Positions 49,853 through 58,985 of a stretch of DNA of 64,000 nucleotides are shown here, piece by piece. Numbering within the stretch: position 1 is the first letter of the stretch; each line of letters begins with the position of its first letter. Made by a program: the position numbers and the translations under genes. Origin of the DNA: a virus (taxonomy: Duplodnaviria; Heunggongvirae; Uroviricota; Caudoviricetes). A model generated the notes under the pieces. That model was given only the letters and a program-made list of their open reading frames with translations, had not been told where the DNA came from and did not search any database. The stretch is taken from the IMG/VR virus record IMGVR_UViG_3300043406_000147, one strand, 5' to 3'.

Positions 49853-50197
49853 ATGCCAGTTATTACGATTGAACCCGATGGGTGGTCTTGCTCAGAAGTT
49901 TTTGGAGTGACGCCATTTCCGAGGGTGCTGAATAAATACAAACTACAACCAGGAGAGACTGGTATTTACTGCGGCCGAGGCTCACCATGGGGTAATCCTT
50001 ACTCAATGCGACAGGGTGAAGATCCTACAAAAGAACGTGATCGGGTGTGCGACTTGTTTGATCAATATGTGGTAAATCGACCCGATTTAATTGAGCGGGC
50101 AAAAGTTGAACTCAGGGGTAATGACCTCATTTGCTTCTGCGCACCGAAACGGTGTCACTGTGACACCTGGCTAAGACTGGCAAATCTCGAAGAGTAA
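49853..50197 (+). CDS. DUF4326-like small protein (GRGSPWGNPY motif with a C-terminal Cys/His cluster)
   Basis: ATG at 49853 after a GAGAGG. Contains GRGSPWGNPY and FCAPKRCHCD. Confidence 0.4.
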   Translation: MPVITIEPDGWSCSEVFGVTPFPRVLNKYKLQPGETGIYCGRGSPWGNPYSMRQGEDPTKERDRVCDLFDQYVVNRPDLIERAKVELRGNDLICFCAPKRCHCDTWLRLANLEE

Positions 50198-50270
50198 TTG
50201 CAATAAATTACAGGCATAAATCATAGAGTAGCTACAACACCTTAGTGACATTCACCTAGAGGCATATCTC

Positions 50271-51908
50271 ATGCAAGCTCCCGCAGACACCATCATCACC
50301 TCCGCCCCCACCACCGTCAAGTGGACCAGTCTCGGCGATTATCCCATCTTCCTGGAACGCGTGAAGGCGCGGTTCCTGAAGAACACCGACAACGGCAAGC
50401 GGCCGGTCTTCGCCACCACCACCACCGGCTTGTGGGAGATGTACCTCGACGGGATCGCTGACCCCGTGGAGCGCCAACACAAGAACTGCCGCACCTGCAA
50501 GAAGTTCATCGAAGCCTACGGCACCCTCGCCGTGGTCGATGAGGACGGCATCCTGCGCTCGCTGATGTGGGATGAAGAAGACGCACCCGAATCGCTGCGC
50601 CTGTCCATCGCCAACATGGCCAAGACGGTCCGCCGGGCCGAAATCAAGACGGCGTACTTCTCGCCGCTGGCAACCTGGGGGACGGCGGTCACCGGAGACT
50701 GGTCGCATCTTTCGGTCGACGTGCCCCCGATGATGCGCTTTCGCCACCCGGTGATGGAAGCACACCAGCTCTCGGCCGAAAAGATCCAGGAGTTCAACTC
50801 GGTCAAGCTCGCCCTCAGCGAGTACACCGTGGACCACCTGACCACGGCGGTTCAGCTGCTGAACGCCGAAGCGCTCTACCGCACCGAAAAGGTGTTGGGT
50901 CCGGCGCAGTGGCTGCTCGAACGAAAGCAAGAGCAAGCCAGCACGGCGGGGACTCAGCGGCAAGACAACCTGCTCTGGAAAGCGATCGCCACCGCGCCGT
51001 CCGGCTTCTGCCACCCGCGCTCCAGCATGATCGCCACGCTGCTGGATGACATCGCCGCCGGAAAAGACTTCGAAGCAGTCAAGCGCTCCTTCGACGTCAA
51101 GATGAACCCGACGGTCTACATGCGTCCGCAAACGGGCCCGTCGGCCGGTGAAATCGCGGCTGCCGAAAAGCTGTTCGAGCAGCTCTCGTCTGGCGATTCC
51201 CTGCGCCGCCGTTTCGCACGACTGGATGAAGTCAAGGCCATCTGGAAGCCGGCACCGAAGAAGGAAGAAAAAGCAACGGGTGACGGCCTGTTCTCGCATC
51301 TGAAGCTCAAGACGGACGCATCGTCCAGCGAAAAGATCGCCCTGCAACTCCCGCCGAAGCTGATGACGTGGGAGAAGTTTGCTTCCACGGTGCTCCCCAC
51401 TGCGGAACGCATTCAACTGCACACACCGATCTACGGCGCATACGCGCCCCTGGTCACCGCCGCGAACATGGATGCGCCTCCGATCATCCAGTGGGACACC
51501 GAAGAAAACCGCAACCCGGTCTCCTGGTATTTCCGCTCCAACGGTTGTTCTGCTCGCACGTTTGGGCTGGCCTCTGATGTGTTCGTGGAAGTGGAAGCTG
51601 TCACGATGCAACCGTCCATGTGGAATGGCGGCTTCGAGCACCAGGGTGCCGGCGTGATGTTCATCCTGCAGGGTGCGCATGAAACTCAAGAAGCGGGCGC
51701 TGCGCTGTTCCCCGAAATCCTGAAAACGGAGTATCGGGGTATTCGTTCTGTGCTGGAGGCATACTCCAACCATGCGAAAATTGAAGGCATCAACGAACCC
51801 CATGCTGCCGGCGTCATGCTCAGCAAGAACCGCGCAGGCTGGGACCAGATTCTGAAGGTCTGGTCGGATGGCAAGGCCAGCACGTACAAGCTGGATCGCT
51901 GGGAATAA
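50271..51908 (+). CDS. GC-rich hypothetical protein (545 aa; moron-like)
   Basis: AGAGG RBS and a strongly elevated GC3. Long mirror ORFs lie on the opposite strand. Confidence 0.5.
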   Translation: MQAPADTIITSAPTTVKWTSLGDYPIFLERVKARFLKNTDNGKRPVFATTTTGLWEMYLDGIADPVERQHKNCRTCKKFIEAYGTLAVVDEDGILRSLMWDEEDAPESLRLSIANMAKTVRRAEIKTAYFSPLATWGTAVTGDWSHLSVDVPPMMRFRHPVMEAHQLSAEKIQEFNSVKLALSEYTVDHLTTAVQLLNAEALYRTEKVLGPAQWLLERKQEQASTAGTQRQDNLLWKAIATAPSGFCHPRSSMIATLLDDIAAGKDFEAVKRSFDVKMNPTVYMRPQTGPSAGEIAAAEKLFEQLSSGDSLRRRFARLDEVKAIWKPAPKKEEKATGDGLFSHLKLKTDASSSEKIALQLPPKLMTWEKFASTVLPTAERIQLHTPIYGAYAPLVTAANMDAPPIIQWDTEENRNPVSWYFRSNGCSARTFGLASDVFVEVEAVTMQPSMWNGGFEHQGAGVMFILQGAHETQEAGAALFPEILKTEYRGIRSVLEAYSNHAKIEGINEPHAAGVMLSKNRAGWDQILKVWSDGKASTYKLDRWE

Positions 51909-51939
51909 CTACCCAGTTCTGAAGTAGTATCGAAACAGT

Positions 51940-51972
51940 AAATGGGGGCGTGTCCCCCATTTATGCCTTATC
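51940..51972 (+). terminator. conserved palindromic repeat family copy / terminator
   Basis: AAATGGGGGCGTGTCCCCCATTTATGCCTTAT. Confidence 0.55.
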
Positions 51973-51988
51973 AGCAAAGGAAACCACC

Positions 51989-52351
51989 GTGAGCAAAGAA
52001 GACAACGAACGCGTCCGAGAAAAACACTATCAGGGCATTCTGCCCGTAAACCAAACGTTGCGAGAACGAATCGCAAAGATCAATTCGGTGCAACATGTTC
52101 AGTCTTGGCCGGATTTGGCATTTCAGACCTGGTTGGTGATGCATGAAATAATGCTGGGTCAGTTCTCTAATGCGTTGAAACTGGTCAACGCCGCTCCTGA
52201 TAATGCCGACCCAAAGGACTGGCCGGAGAAGACGCCTGAATTCATCGAGGCAGAACAAGAATGCTTGCGCTTAACTGAACAAGCGACCCAGGCAGTCGAA
52301 ATGGTCAAGCGTCTTCGTACCGCACCAGTCAGCAACTCTACCGTTCATTAA
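51989..52351 (+). CDS. hypothetical protein (start uncertain)
   Basis: GTG at 51989 after an AAAGGA. The ATG at 51950 lies inside the hairpin. Confidence 0.35.
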   Translation: MSKEDNERVREKHYQGILPVNQTLRERIAKINSVQHVQSWPDLAFQTWLVMHEIMLGQFSNALKLVNAAPDNADPKDWPEKTPEFIEAEQECLRLTEQATQAVEMVKRLRTAPVSNSTVH

Positions 52352-52370
52352 ACTCCCAAAGGAGAAACAA

Positions 52371-53180
52371 ATGCAAGCTCAGACCCAGACCCCTTCCGAC
52401 ATTTTCTTCAAGAACTTCAAAGGTCGGCCTTACAAGCTGCGAAATCTGCCAACGAACATTGCTCCTCAAGGGGAGTTGTGGACGGTGTCCGGCATTCATG
52501 TCTCGAAGACTTCGTTCACAGCAGGCGCGCTGGAGTGGTGCAAAGATGAGGAAGACGCTCTGCGCGTGCTCCGGTCGATGCAGCACGACCACACGTACTA
52601 CGACCTCCGTGCACTCCGTGTGCAGAACTTCTCCAAGCTGCGCGGTGCTTCCAAAGACGCCGGTAAAGCGACCCAAGTATCGGGGCATAAAACCAAACAA
52701 CAGCGCCGCGATGAAGCCGCACTGCGAGCAGCACGAGGAATCTTCACCAACTACCGGTTCATCCGACTGTGCCATGAATTTCTCACCCATCTCGGCGCAC
52801 TGAGCAAGCCCCAGTATTTTGTTCCGCTACGCCTTGGTGAGGAGGACACGTCTGCGGACCCCTACGTTGGTGTGATGAACACCACGGTCAAGGAAATCGA
52901 TCAAATGGCCCTGAAAGCGGGCATGTTCCGAAAAGTTACCGACCTGTTCAGCATGGCAGCACATGACTGGGATGCTGTCCGAAAATACTTCTATGGAATG
53001 CTGATCGCCATGCGGCCGCTTGTGACGGTAGAAGTCAATACAGGCAGTATCAAGGTCGCTTGGTGCGTCGACTCGCTCCCCGAGCGTTTCGACCAAACGG
53101 AGCAAATGCGTCGCCAGAGTTTTGAGCGTGTCGGCCTGCCTGACTTCCCGATCCCCTTCGAGTTGACCAACAAATTTTGA
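52371..53180 (+). CDS. hypothetical protein
   Basis: AAAGGAG RBS. 269 aa. Confidence 0.5.
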   Translation: MQAQTQTPSDIFFKNFKGRPYKLRNLPTNIAPQGELWTVSGIHVSKTSFTAGALEWCKDEEDALRVLRSMQHDHTYYDLRALRVQNFSKLRGASKDAGKATQVSGHKTKQQRRDEAALRAARGIFTNYRFIRLCHEFLTHLGALSKPQYFVPLRLGEEDTSADPYVGVMNTTVKEIDQMALKAGMFRKVTDLFSMAAHDWDAVRKYFYGMLIAMRPLVTVEVNTGSIKVAWCVDSLPERFDQTEQMRRQSFERVGLPDFPIPFELTNKF

Positions 53181-53286
53181 AAGGAAACAAACACAGCGAA
53201 AATTAACACACAGGCCAATTCTTTGGAACTTCAGCAGAGTCCCTGTTAGAAGAGCCATACATCAACATTGTTCAGAGGAACACATC

Positions 53287-53874
53287 GTGAAGAAAACCTT
53301 TTGGAAGTTTGTGGCGGCTTTGTTCGTCGGTCTCGTGAGCTTCGCCGCTCATGCTCAGTACAGTGCGCGCGTGACGCTGGATGGAAACTGGTACCTCCAG
53401 GCCGGGCAAGTGGAGAACTTCACCCCAGGCGTCAACATCGTCGGCATGCGCTACTCCACCGGCCTGCATGAGGACGGCGGTGCCGTGTTCGAGCAGTACA
53501 TCGCAGGCGACACGCGGGACGGCTGGCTCACGCCCCAGAACACGCACTACAGTGTGTCGGACTGGAGCACCTCCCTGGCGGCGGGTCAGACCTTCACCTT
53601 CTCGGGCCTGGATCTGGACATCATCACCAACATCGCAACCAACGAGGTGGACAGCCAAAATCTCGACACGGTGGGCACATCACTGCGGACGGCGTACATC
53701 GAACTCACGTTCGCTGACGGCTACTACAAGGTACTGCATCTGAACCCGACGCCGTGGAGTGTCACGCAGGTCCTGGAGTTCGGCGTCGCCCCGATTCCGG
53801 AGCCCGAATCCTACGCCATGATGCTGGCAGGGCTGGGTGTTCTCGGCGCCGTTCGGCGTAAGGCCAAGGGCTGA
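53287..53874 (+). CDS. secreted PEP-CTERM domain protein
   Basis: N-terminal signal peptide MKKTFWKFVAALFVGLVSFAAHAQ. C-terminal PIPEPESYAMMLAGLGVLGAVRRKAKG matches PEP + TM helix + basic tail. GTG start with an AGAGGA RBS. GC-rich. Confidence 0.55.
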   Translation: MKKTFWKFVAALFVGLVSFAAHAQYSARVTLDGNWYLQAGQVENFTPGVNIVGMRYSTGLHEDGGAVFEQYIAGDTRDGWLTPQNTHYSVSDWSTSLAAGQTFTFSGLDLDIITNIATNEVDSQNLDTVGTSLRTAYIELTFADGYYKVLHLNPTPWSVTQVLEFGVAPIPEPESYAMMLAGLGVLGAVRRKAKG

Positions 53875-53942
53875 ATAAGTCCAAGCAGGTAGAATAAATG
53901 GCGGGTATGAGCCCCGCCATTTATGCCGCATCAGGAGAAAAC

Positions 53943-54530
53943 ATGTCTGACAGTTGGTTTTTAATTGATGATCTTAAGCGGTTTGCCGAACTGGCCTGTG
54001 CAAAAGCGAAGTACGCGCCGTGCTCAGGCAGTAAACATAAAGAGGATTTTTATTTTTATAACTACAGATCGCAATCGCATACGTTTTTCTGGTGTACCAT
54101 CACCAGCGGAAACTTTTCGAGCTACGATCAAAGTCTTCTGTTAGGTGATTTTCAATCATGGTTCCCAGAGGGAAAACCAGGGATGCTTCTAAAAACCTCT
54201 CATCGGCATGAAGATGTACAAGCTGGTGCAGAAAGCATGATTCGACTTTGTTTGATCATGCGCCGGTTCATTGAAGAAACGATGAGTCTGACCAAAGGAA
54301 ATACCAAGGTTCAGCTCTACTGGTGCTCACCATGGCATTTCATTTTTGGTCTTCAAGGCCATAATGGTGCTTCTTACGAAAGGAAGGAGGAGAACATATT
54401 GGCAGCCTACGAAAGGTTGCGAGTCGAAATCGAGCCCAATGTGCAAGACGCACTAAAGCGACGTTTTATTGATGTGCAGTATCTTAATGGAGACATCACC
54501 CACGAACGTTTTTACCCACTAGGAGAGTAA
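53943..54530 (+). CDS. hypothetical protein
   Basis: ATG at 53943 after a CAGGAG. The ATG at 53898 lies inside the repeat hairpin. Confidence 0.45.
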   Translation: MSDSWFLIDDLKRFAELACAKAKYAPCSGSKHKEDFYFYNYRSQSHTFFWCTITSGNFSSYDQSLLLGDFQSWFPEGKPGMLLKTSHRHEDVQAGAESMIRLCLIMRRFIEETMSLTKGNTKVQLYWCSPWHFIFGLQGHNGASYERKEENILAAYERLRVEIEPNVQDALKRRFIDVQYLNGDITHERFYPLGE

Positions 54531-54535
54531 CCCCA

Positions 54536-54709
54536 ATGAAGTTTCTGACCGCATTCGCTACACTTGCACTCATGCTGATCGGCGTGATTGCGGTGCCTGC
54601 ACCCTACCGAGAAGCATTCATCCAATCGATGAAAGAATACGCCAAGCCGATCCTGGCCGCTGCCGTGTTCGTCATCTTCGCAGGCATTCTTGCCTACCAC
54701 TTCAACTGA
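54536..54709 (+). CDS. small two-helix membrane protein (57 aa)
   Basis: MKFLTAFATLALMLIGVIAVPA...AAVFVIFAGILAYHFN. It is below the ORF-track length cutoff and sits immediately upstream of the SPFH gene. Confidence 0.35.
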   Translation: MKFLTAFATLALMLIGVIAVPAPYREAFIQSMKEYAKPILAAAVFVIFAGILAYHFN

Positions 54710-54724
54710 AAGAGAAACGAAAAA

Positions 54725-55651
54725 ATGAACTTCCAACAACAGACCGAACAGCGCAAATCCGGTTTACTCGAACGGTATCGCGCCGGCATTGCGGCATTCG
54801 TCGTGATACTCCTCACCATGATCTTGGCGGTCGGCTGGACGCAAGTGCCGACCGGTGCGGTCGGTATCGTTCGAACAGCTGGAAAGATCCAGCCTTCCGT
54901 CCTCTTGCCAGGGGTGTACTTCTACTGGTTCTCCAAGGTGGAATACATCAGCACGAAAGACGTTCCGTTTGTTCTGGAAAACCAGGCTCCACAAACCAAA
55001 GAAACACTCAGCATGGCTGAAGTGGATATCGATGTGTTTGTGCGGGTCAATCCGGCTTTCGTTGTGCCCCTGGTGATCAAATACCAAGGCGACCTGGTCC
55101 AGCTCAAAAACACCATCAAGAGTGGTAAGGATGTCGTGACGACCGACGCCGATGATTTGTATGTGGTCAACTACAACCGGATCATGCGTGAAGGCCGAGA
55201 TGCCCTCTACCGAACGTTCGCGGAATACGATGCAAAGGACATCAACGCTTCGCGTGGGCAAATCGCGACCAACTTCACGGCCAAGCTTCAGAAGTCGCTG
55301 GACGCTTCCGATCCTGGCGCATTCATTGTGGCAGATGTGAGTGTTCGCAAACTCGAAGCCGATGCAACCATTGCCAAGACCGTCGCGGATCGAGCAAAGG
55401 CCGCACAAGCCATCGAAGTCGAACAACTGCTGATCAAGAAGGCTGAAGTCGAGGCGCAGCGCCTCATTGTCACAGCTGAAGGCCAGGCGAAAGCCAATCG
55501 CATTCTGAGCGAATCCCTGACCCCGGCGCTCACTCAGCTCAAGATGAAAGAAATGGAACTGATGGCCATGCGCGAGCTGGCGACTAAGCCTGGCAACGTG
55601 ATCATGCTTGGGAACGGCGGGACGGCGCCTGTCGTCCAAATGGGTAAGTAA
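54725..55651 (+). CDS. SPFH/band-7 (stomatin/prohibitin/HflK-like) membrane protein
   Basis: An N-terminal TM helix, then GAVGIVRTAGKIQPSVLLPGVYFYWF... and a C-terminal Ala/Glu-rich coiled region typical of band-7 proteins. Confidence 0.55.
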   Translation: MNFQQQTEQRKSGLLERYRAGIAAFVVILLTMILAVGWTQVPTGAVGIVRTAGKIQPSVLLPGVYFYWFSKVEYISTKDVPFVLENQAPQTKETLSMAEVDIDVFVRVNPAFVVPLVIKYQGDLVQLKNTIKSGKDVVTTDADDLYVVNYNRIMREGRDALYRTFAEYDAKDINASRGQIATNFTAKLQKSLDASDPGAFIVADVSVRKLEADATIAKTVADRAKAAQAIEVEQLLIKKAEVEAQRLIVTAEGQAKANRILSESLTPALTQLKMKEMELMAMRELATKPGNVIMLGNGGTAPVVQMGK

Positions 55652-55720
55652 GACCCTCCTGCAACAACGATACACGGCCTTTTGTGCCGTGTATCTGTCC
55701 GTAAAATTCAGAGGTGATCA

Positions 55721-55939
55721 ATGAGTATCCCGACTCCAAAGAAAGAATTTCGCATCAGATTCAAAGGGAACAGTGGGGCGCGATTCGATCAGTTAGTCAA
55801 AGAAACAGGAGGCACCGAAGAGCAAGTCTTTCTCAACGCCCTCCGGTTGTACGAGGAGTTCATTCGACTCCACAAAGCCGGCCACAAGATCTACTCCGAT
55901 GAAACCGGGAAGATCGCCCAGGTAAACATTTTCGACTGA
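55721..55939 (+). CDS. small ribbon-helix-helix-like protein
   Basis: A beta-alpha-alpha pattern: KKEFRIRFKG then ARFDQLVKETGGTEEQVFLNALRLYEE. AGAGGTGA RBS. Confidence 0.35.
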   Translation: MSIPTPKKEFRIRFKGNSGARFDQLVKETGGTEEQVFLNALRLYEEFIRLHKAGHKIYSDETGKIAQVNIFD

Positions 55940-55954
55940 ATCAAGGAGAACGAG

Positions 55955-56512
55955 ATGAAACAGTATTTTGGCGGAGATCATTTCACCCGCGACGAATTCA
56001 TGCAAGAGCCTCTCTTGCTGAATCGCCGGTACACGGAATTGCCAGACGTGTTGTTGGATGGCTTCATCAACTACCCCACCATCCTCAGTGCTTTTCTGAT
56101 TGATGATCGGAATCCACTGAACGAGCCGGGCGATTCCCTGAACCCGATCTCACTTCGAGTCGGTGGCGTCTGGAAGGAAATCGAAGTCAAGTCCAAGAAG
56201 GAAGCACTTGAGCTGTTGTTCAAGGACAACTGCGATGGCGTCTGTCACCCTGAAATCCATCACCTGCAAGATGAGGTGTTCATCCTGGCAGAGTACCAGG
56301 GCGTCTACTGGTACTTCGATTATGGTTTCACCGGCCATGATTGCGAGTTGGGGCGATTCAAGGCGACTGACTCGAAAGAAGTGGTCATGCATGTGTTCAA
56401 GGAACACGTCGCACAGATCTACAACGAGAGGATGCGGCGCAGCCGTCATCCGAAGCTGGCTCCGACAGAAGTCCCCCTGCAGTTTTTCCAGCGTGGCTGG
56501 ATCTCCTGGTAA
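55955..56512 (+). CDS. hypothetical protein
   Basis: AAGGAG RBS. 185 aa. Confidence 0.45.
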   Translation: MKQYFGGDHFTRDEFMQEPLLLNRRYTELPDVLLDGFINYPTILSAFLIDDRNPLNEPGDSLNPISLRVGGVWKEIEVKSKKEALELLFKDNCDGVCHPEIHHLQDEVFILAEYQGVYWYFDYGFTGHDCELGRFKATDSKEVVMHVFKEHVAQIYNERMRRSRHPKLAPTEVPLQFFQRGWISW

Positions 56513-56536
56513 TTCATTCAACAGAAGGAACACACC

Positions 56537-57223
56537 GTGAAAACGTATATCGACAATGCACGAAAAATCCTCGCAGAAGGTCAACTGCGTGGTAACCGTA
56601 CCGGCATGCCTGCCATTTCCACATTCGGTCTTCGAATGGAGTTCAACCTCCTGAGCGGTTTTCCGCTGCTCACGACGAAGCATGTTCGTCTCAAGTCCAT
56701 CTTCACAGAGCTGAAGTGGTTCTTGCGCGGTGACACCAACATCGGGTTCCTCAAGGACAACGGCAGCTCAATCTGGGATCAGTGGGCAGACGCTGACGGT
56801 GAAGTTGGTCCGATGTACGGTTTCCAGTGGCGCAACTGGGTGCGCTGGGGAGGCCAGCCTTCTGTCGACCAGATCCAGGAGCTGCTGAAGAACCTGACGG
56901 AGCGCCCGTACTCCCGTCGGCATTTGGTGACGGCATGGAACGTGGAAGATCTCCCTGACGAAAGCATCACCCCCCAGGAGAACGTGGCGAAAGGAAAGAT
57001 GGCCCTGGCGCCGTGCCACGGCACTTTCCAGTGCTACGTCGATGAGATGGATCTCGCCCAGCGGGATCAGTGGGCAATGCTGCACGGTGTGATTTACAAC
57101 GATACCGTCTGGATCGAGATGACCAAGACTCAAGCGGGTCTGGGCTTCCTCGACGGAATGGGAAAGTTTTTTGATGAGCACAACGTGCCCACCAAGCGAC
57201 TGAGCCTGCAGGTTTATCAGCGT
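56537..57223 (+). CDS. thyA: thymidylate synthase, exon 1
   Basis: GTG start after a GAAGGA. Matches ThyA through ...MALAPCHGTFQCYV...LSLQVYQR. Carries a 47-aa in-frame insertion compared with canonical ThyA. Confidence 0.65.
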
Positions 57224-57524
57224 TAATCAGTAGCGCCCCTGGTAAGTAATTATCCAGGTGAAGAATCTCTCTAAACGGAGAACGTCCCTTCGTATTGGAA
57301 AAAAGCGAATGGATAACTAACCGTGCTAAGTCTGCGCTGGTCCTTAAGATCAGGCGTAGTAAAAGCCTAACGAGCATCCCGCAAGGGAGTATGGGACAAG
57401 CGTCTCAGAAACGAGAGAAACCCGACCATTCAGTTGAGGGTTGTGATGTGCTCTGTTCCACCAGTAATGAGTGGCGGGTGTCTAAGCACACCGGGTATGC
57501 CTAGCGAGCATACTGGACAGTAAG
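57224..57524 (+). ncRNA. group I self-splicing intron (no ORF) interrupting thyA
   Basis: Exon 1 ends in T and the intron ends in G (omegaG). The intron contains ATCTCTCTAAACGGAGAAC and CCGTGCTAA, which resemble the T4 td-type P3-P4 core. The reading frame resumes exactly at SADFPVGVPFNIASYALL. Confidence 0.55.
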
Positions 57525-57821
57525 TCTGCAGATTTTCCAGTGGGTGTTCCGTTCAACATCGCGAGCTACGCCCTGCTCACCGAGATGCTGGCCCACTCGC
57601 TGTGCATGGCACCCGGCACGCTGATCTGGATTGGCGGGGATTGCCACATCTACGAGAATCAGATCGAGGGGATTCGTGAGCAGATCACGCGTGACCCCAA
57701 GGCACTACCCCTTCTCAAGATCAATCCGGACAAGCGAAACCTGTTCGAAATTGATTTTGACGACATCACGTTGATGGGCTACGATCCGCACCCGGTGATC
57801 GTTTACCCGGTGGCGAAGTAA
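57525..57821 (+). CDS. thyA: thymidylate synthase, exon 2
   Basis: VGVPFNIASYALLTEMLA...GDCHIYENQ...GYDPHPVIVYPVAK is the ThyA C-terminus. Confidence 0.65.
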   Translation, partial: SADFPVGVPFNIASYALLTEMLAHSLCMAPGTLIWIGGDCHIYENQIEGIREQITRDPKALPLLKINPDKRNLFEIDFDDITLMGYDPHPVIVYPVAK

Positions 57822-57826
57822 GTTCA

Positions 57827-57878
57827 GGCAGGGAGGTACGAAAGTACCCCCTGCCCGTACCCTTTCTTTTTTTTTGCC
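57827..57878 (+). terminator. rho-independent terminator after thyA
   Basis: GCAGGGAGGTAC-GAAA-GTACCCCCTGC followed by CGTACCC and a T9 run. Confidence 0.6.
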
Positions 57879-57956
57879 GCATATGTAGTGCAAAGCCTCA
57901 AATTAAATCAAGCCGAGCATAATGTGGAAAACGATTAAACATTGAGAAAACCCGCG

Positions 57957-58892
57957 ATGAAACACCATCAATTTTTATCCGACGAAGAGATCGTCGAGTG
58001 GCTGAAAATGTCAGTCAAGGTCAAGCTCAATGAGAGCAACGATCTGTGCGTTTCCGGATATCCGGAGCAAACCCTCGAAGTGAAATTCTTCGATCACGCT
58101 GCGGTTTACATGAAACCCGAACAGCAGTGCGAGTTGCTTCGTGATGCTCTTTTTGACGCCGAACACAAAGGCAAGAAACTCGAAAAGATCTGGGTCTCCA
58201 AGTACATGACGGTGGAGAACCTGACGATCCTGCAGCCGGTGATGTACATCTGCAAAATGGGAGTGAGCCTCGACGGTGTTTACGTGTCCTACCCGTTTGT
58301 CGACATCCTCGAAAAGCTGTGCTCGATGGCGCCGACGGAAGATGACTTCCGAGACTCCCTGCGTGGCGTGAAGGCCCTCAGTGAGTTCTGGAACACCCAA
58401 GTTGATTCGAAGAAGGCTCGGTTTGACTCCCAGACCGACCATCGTCGGTACCAAGCAGCGCTCAAGCAGCTGGTGAAAATCAATGACCTTCGACTCGACA
58501 TCGCCTCGCAAGCCATGTCTTCTCTCGGGTTTGCGTATCAGAACGACTTTCTGCATTCGAAAGACACGTTCTACACCTCACTGCCGTGGGCCGCGGCTTA
58601 CGTTCGTGCAAAGTGCGTCCTCGACACATCCCACATGGTGGTGCTGGCTGAATGGTTTGCGCGAGCTGCCACCAAGACCCATGGCGGGTACAACTTCGTC
58701 GACGGTTGCCACGCGTTCGATCGTCGGGTGGGTGGGAAGACGTTCTACACCTTCTACGAGGAGATGTCCATGGCATACGCAATGCCCAACCGTGAGCAAG
58801 CCATCAAGCAAGCCATCGGTCGCGCAATGCAGCGTGTGACCAAGACGATCGTCCAACCGCGCGCTGCGCTGAACCAAACCGAATGCAACTGA
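57957..58892 (+). CDS. hypothetical protein (311 aa)
   Basis: ATG at 57957. The TTG at 57942 is rejected. Confidence 0.45.
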   Translation: MKHHQFLSDEEIVEWLKMSVKVKLNESNDLCVSGYPEQTLEVKFFDHAAVYMKPEQQCELLRDALFDAEHKGKKLEKIWVSKYMTVENLTILQPVMYICKMGVSLDGVYVSYPFVDILEKLCSMAPTEDDFRDSLRGVKALSEFWNTQVDSKKARFDSQTDHRRYQAALKQLVKINDLRLDIASQAMSSLGFAYQNDFLHSKDTFYTSLPWAAAYVRAKCVLDTSHMVVLAEWFARAATKTHGGYNFVDGCHAFDRRVGGKTFYTFYEEMSMAYAMPNREQAIKQAIGRAMQRVTKTIVQPRAALNQTECN

Positions 58893-58985
58893 GCGAAAGC
58901 TCAAACCTCTCACTTCTGGGGGCATGGCGAGACAGTCTCACCATGCTTCCATTTTGCCCTTAGTTTCTTTTTTCGGACTTTTTTC

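Noticed and set aside
50256-51803. A 515-aa antisense ORF opposite the GC-rich 545-aa gene, and similar antisense ORFs at 35981-36916, 54764-55675, 61704-62456, 10544-11563, 6012-7193, 17373-18212, 19664-20308 and 22281-23069
   Set aside because: All overlap sense-strand genes with recognisable domains or RBSs. Their translations are low-complexity and show no family resemblance to anything else.
57100-57226. A second intron within thyA exon 1 to explain the extra 47 residues
   Set aside because: The segment is in frame with no stop codons and has normal codon usage, so a protein insertion is more parsimonious.
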